From an uncultured Gammaproteobacteria bacterium (GTDB lineage: Bacteria > Patescibacteriota > Microgenomatia > UBA10105 > UBA927): a DNA stretch of 37,839 bases. Positions 6,145-14,525 of the stretch are shown here, one piece after another. Position 1 is the first letter of the stretch. The number at the start of each line of letters is the position of its first letter. The DNA is taken from NCBI GenBank assembly GCA_964582845.1, contig CAZOTW010000005.1, positions 1 through 37,839 of the forward strand. The letters are read 5' to 3'. The notes under the pieces are model-generated. The model searched no databases. It had not been told where the DNA came from and worked only from the letters and a program-made list of their open reading frames with translations. The position numbers were made by a program, and so were the translations under genes.

Positions 6145-6989
6145 TATGGCCTCACATATTTTTTTACAAAAAGTGTGTGCGCTGTCGGAGCGGTATTAAA
6201 TACTCCAGCGGCGGTACGTATCCTTGACCTAAAATAATGATTGTAAAGCGTCGCTCCCACATCTGGAACGACAGCCCAAATAGAGTCAATTCCGGCAGTA
6301 TTAAACCATCTAGTAACTACCATTGGTATCGTCATTCCCCCATCGATCCAGGAGGTGCTTAGTGCCCCCGAATCGCCTATATCGGTGCAATAAAGGGTAA
6401 TGGTGTCAAGTATCCGACAGTAATCCCAATCGGTCGCCCGGCGAACGTGACAGCGGGCAGAATCTACGGATGGAATAGCAAGGGCGGTCAGCGTCAACGT
6501 AATATTGCTCGTGAGCACGGTATCAAGCGTATCTGGAACCCCGGCTACAACCGTTCCCCCTGGCCACGATCCGACGTATCCGGCGTCTACGGTGGCGATG
6601 AACGTCAAGGATGCTCCAGAGTCAGCCGTAAGGCCGTCAGGTGCGGTGATGAGGCTGTGGGCGTCGTATACGGTATCTGCGGCGTACTGAGGCGACCCTG
6701 CCAACTCGCTAAAAAATACGGAATCAATTCGATTTTCTGTAATACTGTAAACCATTACGGTGTCGGGATACCTGACAACATATCGAATGGCACCCACAGA
6801 AACAATCGAGTCGCACCTATCCCCCACATTTGCAACGGCAATAGTGGTGCATGCTGAGGCCGAATCAATAGTATCGACAGTAAATTCCTCGTCAAATTGT
6901 CCGAGACTTCCAAAACCAAAATAGAAATCACCTAAACCAGAGATGGCCGATACTGGCAGCAGTAGTGCAATCAATAATATTTTATACAC
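6144..6989 (-). CDS. Secreted hypothetical protein (signal peptide)
   Basis: GTG start with GAGGA SD. The N-terminus MYKILLIALLLPVSAISG has the n-h-c organisation of a Sec signal. Confidence 0.75.
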   Translation of the reverse strand: MYKILLIALLLPVSAISGLGDFYFGFGSLGQFDEEFTVDTIDSASACTTIAVANVGDRCDSIVSVGAIRYVVRYPDTVMVYSITENRIDSVFFSELAGSPQYAADTVYDAHSLITAPDGLTADSGASLTFIATVDAGYVGSWPGGTVVAGVPDTLDTVLTSNITLTLTALAIPSVDSARCHVRRATDWDYCRILDTITLYCTDIGDSGALSTSWIDGGMTIPMVVTRWFNTAGIDSIWAVVPDVGATLYNHYFRSRIRTAAGVFNTAPTAHTLFVKKYVRP

Positions 6990-6996
6990 ATTGTCC

Positions 6997-7980
6997 TCAA
7001 TACATTATTTTTAACGTGCCATTCGTATGGTACATTTGTCCATTCGAAACCCCGGCCGTACGGGCTGTAGCGCTATCAGCAAAATTACAGCTGTCCGCAA
7101 CCACCGATAAAAATACTCTTTTGTAAATGGTAACGTTACCATTTGGTTCGATGTAAACCCTACCTAAATTAGAGGTCCGTACGACCATGGGGTCAGCCCC
7201 TACTGTTCCAAACAAAGCGCCGTCCTGATCTGCGTAAAGTAGTGCGTTCCCATTTGCAAGCTGTATACTTCCTGCTGAACTGGTACTATATATATTACCG
7301 TCAAAAGAAACCGATCCAGTCCCCGATGTCCATTGACTTGACACCATGAGGTTGTTGCTTGCGTCATAATACCCGTTATACGACCTAATTCCGCCTCCGC
7401 CCACAACCAGGGATTGCGTATAATGGTTTTCAAGAGAGTCGTATTTTGCTGTGTCAAGAGCAATTCCTATGTTGCCGTTTCCGGCAACCATCAATCTGCA
7501 ATTATCACCGGTAAAAATTTGTACCGGGCTGTAGTCGCGCTGTCCAATTTGAAATGCACTGCCAACATGCCCTCCGACCCCTACAAAAAGGGCGGCCCCC
7601 TGATTGTACGGATTTCTACCTATCCTTCCCCTCCTGCCCGGCACAACCGCCGAGTCGGGCTCAAAATCAATAAATGAACTGGTGTATATGGAGGGAGTCA
7701 GTAAGATACCGGCATCTTGCGCCCCCGTACCGACTATTCGCAAAAGAAATTCATGCTCGGGGGTGGTACCCGATATTGTTAATACGTTGTCAAGCGAGCA
7801 CTTTCCATCAAAATGAAATCTCTCCGCATAATGAGTTAAGATCGAGTCGTACAGCCTTGCCCAATTGGGCAACGAATCCTTTGAATACCCATACTGCGGC
7901 AGTTTCCAATCTCCGACCTGATGGGACTGCCCGGCCGAAACTGCACACATAAACAGAATTGATAAAAAAATCTTTTTCAT
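6997..7980 (-). CDS. Secreted hypothetical protein (signal peptide)
   Basis: The N-terminus is MKKIFLSILFMCAVSAGQS. The body is Gly/Ser/Asn-rich and looks beta-rich. Confidence 0.75.
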   Translation of the reverse strand: MKKIFLSILFMCAVSAGQSHQVGDWKLPQYGYSKDSLPNWARLYDSILTHYAERFHFDGKCSLDNVLTISGTTPEHEFLLRIVGTGAQDAGILLTPSIYTSSFIDFEPDSAVVPGRRGRIGRNPYNQGAALFVGVGGHVGSAFQIGQRDYSPVQIFTGDNCRLMVAGNGNIGIALDTAKYDSLENHYTQSLVVGGGGIRSYNGYYDASNNLMVSSQWTSGTGSVSFDGNIYSTSSAGSIQLANGNALLYADQDGALFGTVGADPMVVRTSNLGRVYIEPNGNVTIYKRVFLSVVADSCNFADSATARTAGVSNGQMYHTNGTLKIMY

Positions 7981-7981
7981 A

Positions 7982-8272
7982 TTAACGATCCACCTCTTCG
8001 GATAAACTATCCAAGATCCTGTGAACCGAGGGTATCTCTAATAGGCATTTTTGAGCACCGATAGTTTTTTCCATGGAACTTATCAACTTTTTTTGTAATT
8101 CTATGAGACGCAGAAATTCCCCCACAGCGCCTATTATCGCCTTTTTATCTTGCTCGTCAATGCAATCTTTTGACATAATAGATGTTAAAGTACTATCAAA
8201 ACTATCGCCGAAAGGATTGTTTTGGCTAAAACATGCCCCTACAATAAGCAACACAGTCACAAATACTTTCAT
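7982..8272 (-). CDS. Small putative lipoprotein / secreted protein
   Basis: ATG 8272 is preceded by AAGGAG plus 7 nt. MKVFVTVLLIVGAC has a lipobox-like VGAC. The ORF-track start at 8323 is unsupported. Confidence 0.7.
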   Translation of the reverse strand: MKVFVTVLLIVGACFSQNNPFGDSFDSTLTSIMSKDCIDEQDKKAIIGAVGEFLRLIELQKKLISSMEKTIGAQKCLLEIPSVHRILDSLSEEVDR

Positions 8273-8283
8273 AGCATAGCTCC

Positions 8284-11200
8284 TTATGGTGTAAGTACCG
8301 CAGTCCCGCAACCGGTCCCGCAAATAATGTTTGTCGTTCTTGTATACCTCTTAATAGCAAACACAGCTCTAACCGATCCTGTGGTATGAAGGGCGCATGT
8401 TGTCGTTGCGTCTTCAAGATCGGTAATCTCGATTGTACCTGTCAATACTTCCCACTCAACAAAATCATATCCGGCCCCGTCGGTTGCCGTTAAATTAAAC
8501 CAAACTGCGCTATCATGCACTGTCGTTCCAGCAGGGTCAACAGATCCGCCACCAGAGACGGAGGTAGTAAGATTATATTGCGGTACATCCTCTTCATCCC
8601 CAAGCGATATCAAAGCAAGTACGGTGTCCACCCACAATGTATCTCCACCGGTGGCTCCGATATAGCTGGGAATTGTTACTCCGTCGAGATAGGGATGATT
8701 TCCTCCAATACCGCCATTGGCAACTGTCAAAGATCCATTTACGGTATGCGCGTTTCGAGTTTTTAGGTCACTGTTGGTATACAGCAAATTCCCGGCGTCA
8801 TATGCTTGTAAAAAATGTAAAATAGAACGTGAGTATCTCGTATTATACTCCGCCAATGTCAACCGATTTCCTTCATCCCCTGAGTAACCGAGATAAAAGA
8901 TCTGATCACCAACAGGATCTTCTCCATAAGGAAGATATCGATAGGTGTAATTGTTCCCGAGGTGCACAGAATCGTACCTCGCATAGCTATCGGAAGAGTA
9001 CGGCCTAGTGACGGTATAAATAGATTTATCCCATCCGTCTATATTGCGGCAAGAGTCATTTATGTTGTTGTACATGTATACATATGATAGTGTCTCTGGC
9101 GTCGTAACATCAGAAATATGGTCATTAGTATTATGCACCTGAATAACTACCCACGGTGCACGGTATATCGTATTGTTGTAAAAACACTGACGATAATTTG
9201 TAGCTTCATCGGCAGCTGTGCCCGTTATTGCGATAGAACAAGCTTTGAATATGTTATGATGCACCTGGGCAAAGTCGGTGCGCACATTGAGCGCCCTATA
9301 ATACGTCGTCCAATAATTGTGATGAACATTCACCCCGTAATATTTATAGTCATCTTCGTACCCTTCATCGGCCTGATCACGTCCGCATAAAATTCCTTCG
9401 TTTTTATCGTGGTAGCCATTAAGTGCGTAACCGAAATAATTGTACCTGATCGTGTTTCTTATGCGTGAACAACCAGGACCAGTATATGTAAAGCCGGTGT
9501 CGTACAAGGAATGTTCCTTGTAGTCACCAAATATTAAGATATGTCCGGGATTGATGTCATCGATCGGCGGAAGGCATCCATTTGAATCAAACATACAATA
9601 TTCGATTATGCACGAATCGTACAGATACCCTCGAATCCCAGCAGGGTTCTCTCCGGCCGACCCGCTCAGGTTGTTAAATATTTTCAGATGGGTAAATTTG
9701 AATGGACCAATATCAAGACTGATTCCTGCCGCGTCAATATTATCAACTTCCGCCCCGCCGGTTATTCCAAGAGAATCTATCTTCCAAAATGCAACCCCTA
9801 CAACGTCGTATGTACTATCCTGGCCATCCGTAATGGCCCCTATCTTTTGTCCAGTGTCACCACCATTAATTGTCGCCCATTCGCCAGAATAAGATTTCAA
9901 CAAGTTGTAATTTCCATCAATCCAGGCGGTTCCATTTTTTGCAGAAGGCAACGTCACTTTTTCGAAGTACGTTCCGGCTCGAACCAGTATGTGGTCTCCA
10001 GCGGCCATCTTATTAACAGCCCACTGGATGCGCCGGTAACATTGTTCCGACCCGCCAGAGCACGATCTCGTCGCGGGATTATATGTTGCGCAGCTATCGG
10101 TTATTGAGCTATCTGCATATATCGTGTCAATTGTCTCGGCAGCATAATACGTAAAAGCGCTTGCCAAAGTATCCCGCATACCATCGCTATTTTCGATGAT
10201 GACGTTCACCGCGCCGGCCGCATGAGCGGGGGCAATAAATCCGACCACTTCGTCCGACCACCAATACTCAGTTACTGCAGCACCATCGACTAATACGTAT
10301 CCGTCCCCTTGTGCTGCTTTAAATTTTGCACCTATCAAGTCAATCCTTGGCCCCCCGCCAGTTGGGCTGCATAACCACGCTGCCCGGGCGACAACAGGCG
10401 TATCAAGGGAGGCACCGCCCCCGGCCGTACGAACTGTATCCATCAGCGTCGTATCGTGCAGGGTCGTGGTCCCGTTGCTCAATCCATCAGTTATTGTCTT
10501 ATACCAATATTTTGTTCCCGCGGTGAGTGAGGCAGCTGCCATTGTCTTATTTTCTCCGGCAACGACAGTGTCGCTATCGGCAACGGACCATGCAGACAGC
10601 GTGTCCGCAGTTACCATAAGCCGTACCTTCGCTGTATCCCCTGTGAACCAACTATTCAGAGAAAGAAAACTCGGCGTATAGTTGCTGTTATTGTGTCGAA
10701 AACTAACGGCTATTGAACAGGCAACAGAAAATCCGTTTTCGGTAATCCCAGAAGTGTCTCCAAGATTGGAGAGATACTTTTTTGATCCTATGTTTGCGAA
10801 TGTAGAATTGCCTTTGTGGTAGTTCCAGATCCCGTCGTCAAGCAAGAACGACGACCCCCTGTTATAGAAGGTATCGGTAAAAACAATTCCTAAATTAACG
10901 GTAGTATCAAAAGCAGTATTAAATTCTGTCAACGACGAATCAATAGTCGCTCCATGCGTTTTCCATATTCCGATATCTCCAGAATCCAAGAAAAGGCATT
11001 TTTCAATATTTATATTCCAAGACGAGTCGTCGTTTGCGTTATTTGCGACATTGAGCATATAAATATCGTTACGACCACTAAAAGAAGTGTTTCTGATTGT
11101 TAAATTATGTATGGACGTGTCCGCACCGGTTTCATTCTGATGTATGTAAACGTTTCCCGATGACGACCCATGCAGAGTGTCCCACATGGTCACGCCATCT

Positions 11201-12051
11201 ATGATACCGTCATGCCATCCATCGGGGCAGATAAATACGTGCCCCATATTGACAAACGTACAATTAATAACGGTATCGTTATGACTATAAACATCCGTAC
11301 CGTCCCAGGTAATAAACTCGCCGGACGCAGACGACACGGTTTGGTCAAACCAACAGTTTGAAAATTTTATCTTTCCCGCATATACCATTGCAGTATTCTC
11401 GTATCCACCAGCAATAAATACGCACGAATCGAACTTCCACGCCTGCCCCATATTCACAGACGTGGAATCAAATACGCATTTTTTTACTGTTACATTTGTC
11501 GCAGTTTCCGATGAATCTACATTGCCTCTAATCCCTTGATAAATGCGCTGAAAGTAGCAGCCATAAAAATTTGTTGGTTCGATTACGGTTGATCCATTAG
11601 CACGGGTTAAGAAGCACCCACGCTTATTCTCGTTGATATCATCTCCAAGGTGTATGAAGCGCACATTGTCAAACCTATGGCCACCCCACCCTTCCGGGGC
11701 GGTTCGAAAGATATAATTGGCACCTGATGCTTCCCCGGACGCGTATAGAATGTTTACGTTTTGAAACCGTATGGTATCCGCTTCGTAGGCATAAAAATTA
11801 ATTATGCCTGTAAGGGTATTTAGCGTGCAACTATAGGTATTACCCGGGGCCGAACGAACCAGAATTCTATTTCGATCAAATATTACCATGGCAGTATGAG
11901 ATATGTCTGACACGAGCTGAATCGTATCGCCGGCCGACGCCGCCGCTTCGGCTAGATTAATAGTGGCATACGTACCGCCGCTACCGGTGGTGAGGATTGC
12001 AGCGGAAGAAAAAGTGAACAGCAGTATCATTAATGTCAGAAACTTATTCAT
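8284..12051 (-). CDS. 1255-aa secreted multidomain protein: two right-handed parallel beta-helix (pectate-lyase-fold) regions, an IPT/TIG-like domain and a C-terminal InlB-B-repeat-like domain
   Basis: AGGAG SD 6 nt upstream of the ATG. Signal peptide MNKFLTLMILLFTFSSAA. AGDTIQLV and later AAGDHILVRAGTYFEKVTL are typical beta-helix entry motifs. PRIDLIGAKF...VNVIIENSDG is IPT/TIG-like. YNLTTSVSGGGSVDPAG...GYDFVEWEV forms the C-terminal repeat. Confidence 0.9.
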   Translation of the reverse strand: MNKFLTLMILLFTFSSAAILTTGSGGTYATINLAEAAASAGDTIQLVSDISHTAMVIFDRNRILVRSAPGNTYSCTLNTLTGIINFYAYEADTIRFQNVNILYASGEASGANYIFRTAPEGWGGHRFDNVRFIHLGDDINENKRGCFLTRANGSTVIEPTNFYGCYFQRIYQGIRGNVDSSETATNVTVKKCVFDSTSVNMGQAWKFDSCVFIAGGYENTAMVYAGKIKFSNCWFDQTVSSASGEFITWDGTDVYSHNDTVINCTFVNMGHVFICPDGWHDGIIDGVTMWDTLHGSSSGNVYIHQNETGADTSIHNLTIRNTSFSGRNDIYMLNVANNANDDSSWNINIEKCLFLDSGDIGIWKTHGATIDSSLTEFNTAFDTTVNLGIVFTDTFYNRGSSFLLDDGIWNYHKGNSTFANIGSKKYLSNLGDTSGITENGFSVACSIAVSFRHNNSNYTPSFLSLNSWFTGDTAKVRLMVTADTLSAWSVADSDTVVAGENKTMAAASLTAGTKYWYKTITDGLSNGTTTLHDTTLMDTVRTAGGGASLDTPVVARAAWLCSPTGGGPRIDLIGAKFKAAQGDGYVLVDGAAVTEYWWSDEVVGFIAPAHAAGAVNVIIENSDGMRDTLASAFTYYAAETIDTIYADSSITDSCATYNPATRSCSGGSEQCYRRIQWAVNKMAAGDHILVRAGTYFEKVTLPSAKNGTAWIDGNYNLLKSYSGEWATINGGDTGQKIGAITDGQDSTYDVVGVAFWKIDSLGITGGAEVDNIDAAGISLDIGPFKFTHLKIFNNLSGSAGENPAGIRGYLYDSCIIEYCMFDSNGCLPPIDDINPGHILIFGDYKEHSLYDTGFTYTGPGCSRIRNTIRYNYFGYALNGYHDKNEGILCGRDQADEGYEDDYKYYGVNVHHNYWTTYYRALNVRTDFAQVHHNIFKACSIAITGTAADEATNYRQCFYNNTIYRAPWVVIQVHNTNDHISDVTTPETLSYVYMYNNINDSCRNIDGWDKSIYTVTRPYSSDSYARYDSVHLGNNYTYRYLPYGEDPVGDQIFYLGYSGDEGNRLTLAEYNTRYSRSILHFLQAYDAGNLLYTNSDLKTRNAHTVNGSLTVANGGIGGNHPYLDGVTIPSYIGATGGDTLWVDTVLALISLGDEEDVPQYNLTTSVSGGGSVDPAGTTVHDSAVWFNLTATDGAGYDFVEWEVLTGTIEITDLEDATTTCALHTTGSVRAVFAIKRYTRTTNIICGTGCGTAVLTP

Positions 12052-12175
12052 TTTTATCTCCTGTCGGGCAATAAAAAAGGGACAAATACGATGGTTACGG
12101 CACCGTACTGCCCCTTTTAAATCTTACGATCACCGGCCCGCTAAAGCCGATTATCGCCCGAAAATTCTTACTCTA

Positions 12176-12415
12176 CTATTTCTCCGGTCCGAACCCACCA
12201 GACTTATTTGTAAGCGCACTTTTTATCAAGTACGCAATTCCTGCCTTTAGAGAGAACGCGCCATAGCTTATCCACTGCGCCGTTGTCGGAAAAACTCCTG
12301 TCGATAATACAGGCGTAATGGATGGCGCAACCTCGATCAGCATGAAAATTCCAATGACAGAAAGAGAATGCATCATATCTCTAAACCCAACCGTAAGAAA
12401 TTTTGATCGTTCCAT
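12176..12415 (-). CDS. Holin-like membrane protein (79 aa, two predicted TM segments)
   Basis: The two hydrophobic segments are LSVIGIFMLIEVAPSITPVL and WISYGAFSLKAGIAYLI, followed by a charged C-terminus. GAGGAG SD. Confidence 0.65.
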   Translation of the reverse strand: MERSKFLTVGFRDMMHSLSVIGIFMLIEVAPSITPVLSTGVFPTTAQWISYGAFSLKAGIAYLIKSALTNKSGGFGPEK

Positions 12416-12439
12416 TATCTCCTCAGTTCTTGGTAATAC

Positions 12440-13306
12440 TCAATTTATACAGTTATCAAATGCATAGTTCAAAGCATTGCGAACCACTAAATATTCACCC
12501 GTGGATCCATCGCTCGCACGGTAATACTCATCGGCCCTAATTGACGTATCAACAATCATTGACGCAACCTGGAATCGGCAGGAATGGTTTATCGCTTCCG
12601 CCGGTCCAAGTTTTTGAAGAGCAAGATCCGGTAGCTCGTACTTGTTACCAATATCAACCCCGTTGCGCCAACCGAATGGACTATTGTCATCGCGCAGTAA
12701 GTCGGTAGTTATGGGATCTCCAGGCTGCTCAAATCGAGTCACGGTCATCGGGCAGTGCGAAGATTGAAGAAAGCCAGAAAGCTCCAATTCATGTCCGCGC
12801 TTAAAATATGGCGGACACGCAAATAGATTTGCCTCTACCTTGCGTGTAGGGTAGTGTCTGGAAAGCAGCAAAAGGACCCGCTGCATATATCCAGAGCCCT
12901 GCGAGTGCGACCCGGTAACGAATACTTGGTATTGTTCTAAAACACCCTCTGATTTTAGCCACTCGAAAAATTGATTTCCAGCATTCTGAAACCCGTTATG
13001 CTCCCCGTCTTCACCGCAAACCAAGTTTAAGTCATATTTAAGCCATGATTTTGCATTCGCCGATTTTGTATCGCCAGCCGTTCCCCTACCAATAAGGTAG
13101 CATATTTTGTAAATCTCGTCAATCACGTAACCGAATTTAAGTGCTCCGTTCTCACGCGACTCAAATTTACATCTAAAATAACTTGCTTCGCCTCCGCGAA
13201 TACCGATAATTTTTTCAAGCATGTCATCGGTTCGATAAGATAGAAAGGCAAACGCTGCCGCAGTAGCCGCAGTACGACTGATTGGCGGTAGTTTTTTTTC
13301 GCTCAT
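12440..13306 (-). CDS. Class-3 lipase-like alpha/beta hydrolase
   Basis: YLIGRGTAGD ... HNGFQNAG ... VFVTGSHSQGSG follows the Lipase_3 pattern (RGT, H-x-GF, nucleophile elbow xHSxG). The start is coupled by ATGA to the upstream micro-ORF. Confidence 0.75.
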   Translation of the reverse strand: MSEKKLPPISRTAATAAAFAFLSYRTDDMLEKIIGIRGGEASYFRCKFESRENGALKFGYVIDEIYKICYLIGRGTAGDTKSANAKSWLKYDLNLVCGEDGEHNGFQNAGNQFFEWLKSEGVLEQYQVFVTGSHSQGSGYMQRVLLLLSRHYPTRKVEANLFACPPYFKRGHELELSGFLQSSHCPMTVTRFEQPGDPITTDLLRDDNSPFGWRNGVDIGNKYELPDLALQKLGPAEAINHSCRFQVASMIVDTSIRADEYYRASDGSTGEYLVVRNALNYAFDNCIN

Positions 13307-13419
13307 AGTTTCCTCACAAAATCACCAACAGTGGCATCGCTAAAATCTCCAGTGTCGTGCAGGGAGATTGTTATCTCCCCGTCGATAGAATTCGCCTTTA
13401 TTACTGTGCCGGTGATCAC
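13303..13419 (-). CDS. Micro-ORF (38 aa, not in ORF track)
   Basis: GTG start preceded by GAGGAGG plus 8 nt. It has a GTGA overlap upstream and an ATGA overlap with the lipase gene. Translation: MITGTVIKANSIDGEITISLHDTGDFSDATVGDFVRKL. Confidence 0.4.
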   Translation of the reverse strand: MITGTVIKANSIDGEITISLHDTGDFSDATVGDFVRKL

Positions 13420-13616
13420 CGCTTTTTCCTCCTCAATTCTTTCTCGATTATTCCGTTCAGTTCGTCATTCGTCCCGGTGTAGTATTGGCACTCGGGATTT
13501 TGACAGGTATAGCCATGCCCATCCTTTTTCCACTTGTGCTCGCATATCATCTGCTTTTGCATCGTGGATATATCCGTCATTATTGCAACAGCGACGTGCC
13601 GACTTGATGATTTCAT
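13416..13616 (-). CDS. Hypothetical small Cys/His protein (66 aa)
   Basis: Contains CEHKWKKDGHGYTCQNPEC. ATGA overlap with the upstream micro-ORF. Confidence 0.55.
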   Translation of the reverse strand: MKSSSRHVAVAIMTDISTMQKQMICEHKWKKDGHGYTCQNPECQYYTGTNDELNGIIEKELRRKKR

Positions 13617-13762
13617 ACTGCATCACCCGTAGAGACGGGCGGAAACGAAAATGCGTCGTCCGCTATCTCAAGAGCCTCATGAATAATTTCGTCATCTATT
13701 GGCCTTAATTCACTTAACAACTGTATTGCTGTTTTTCCTGCCGGCAACATAGATTTACTCAT
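13613..13762 (-). CDS. Micro-ORF (49 aa, not in ORF track)
   Basis: ATG 13762 is preceded by GGAGG plus 5 nt. Translation: MSKSMLPAGKTAIQLLSELRPIDDEIIHEALEIADDAFSFPPVSTGDAV. Confidence 0.5.
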   Translation of the reverse strand: MSKSMLPAGKTAIQLLSELRPIDDEIIHEALEIADDAFSFPPVSTGDAV

Positions 13763-13809
13763 GCGCCCCTCCGTTCGAAACGAACAATTTCCACCCCCTA
13801 AATATACCC

Positions 13810-14040
13810 CTAATCGTCCACTGATTTTACAGCATTTTTAACCAATGCCGATATTTTGCGCAGCTTCTCATCTCTAATAATTTTGTCAATCTGCCCCTCT
13901 AACCGTTTTGCCAGCCATATGCGCCCAGCCGCATAGTCCCCCTCATCATCATATGCACACTCCATGCCACCCTCGCACAACATGGCTATGGCGTTATTGT
14001 AGGCGTCCATTTTTGCTTCGTATGATACTCGTTTGCCCAT
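13810..14040 (-). CDS. Hypothetical acidic protein (76 aa)
   Basis: Open frame in the operon. No family recognised. Confidence 0.6.
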   Translation of the reverse strand: MGKRVSYEAKMDAYNNAIAMLCEGGMECAYDDEGDYAAGRIWLAKRLEGQIDKIIRDEKLRKISALVKNAVKSVDD

Positions 14041-14044
14041 ACTC

Positions 14045-14131
14045 TCAAATATACCCCATTATCGACGCCGCTGCCACGATACCAGCTACCAGTGCCCACG
14101 GCCACCAACGACAAGAAATGTTGATGTCCAT
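14045..14131 (-). CDS. Micro-ORF, single-TM peptide (28 aa, not in ORF track)
   Basis: Translation: MDINISCRWWPWALVAGIVAAASIMGYI. TGATG overlap with the upstream ORF. Confidence 0.35.
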   Translation of the reverse strand: MDINISCRWWPWALVAGIVAAASIMGYI

Positions 14132-14256
14132 CACCGCGCCACACCAGTAAAAGCAATATATATCACCCTGCCAACGAACATGAGGATGGCACTCCCCCAA
14201 CATGTTAGCATCACAGTAAATACGATGTTGATCCTACTTTCTCGTTTAACGCACAT
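14131..14256 (-). CDS. Micro-ORF, single-TM peptide (41 aa)
   Basis: ATG 14256 lies 2 nt after the upstream stop. Translation: MCVKRESRINIVFTVMLTCWGSAILMFVGRVIYIAFTGVAR. Confidence 0.4.
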   Translation of the reverse strand: MCVKRESRINIVFTVMLTCWGSAILMFVGRVIYIAFTGVAR

Positions 14257-14258
14257 TC

Positions 14259-14441
14259 TCAACCGCCTTTTTTTACGACAAACGTGTCGAATAGGTATCC
14301 GATAATGGCGAGGAGCTGCACGAACGATGCGCCGATTACAATCCATATTTTATTTTCTATCGAATCAACGCGCCTATCAACAGCGATATGCTTTTGATCG
14401 CAAAGCTCTTTGGCTAGCTCCTTTTCCTTTTCTGTTGTCAT
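14259..14441 (-). CDS. XhlA-like / holin-associated membrane protein (60 aa)
   Basis: An N-terminal charged helix is followed by a C-terminal TM segment (IWIVIGASFVQLLAIIGYLF), the same architecture as XhlA-family lysis proteins. AGGTGGA SD. Confidence 0.6.
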   Translation of the reverse strand: MTTEKEKELAKELCDQKHIAVDRRVDSIENKIWIVIGASFVQLLAIIGYLFDTFVVKKGG

Positions 14442-14525
14442 CTGTCCACCTATCGTTTTGCTCCGTATCCGGGAGCGTGCCTCGAATTGAACCCCTGTCG
14501 GCGTGAGGCTTTTATGTGCCGGGGG

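Noticed and set aside
12052-12175. Possible terminator/promoter between the holin-like gene and the 1255-aa gene
   Set aside because: Only short imperfect stems are present (gggaca/tgcccc, tacgg/ccgta), although a T6 run follows on the minus strand. I could not define a convincing hairpin by eye.
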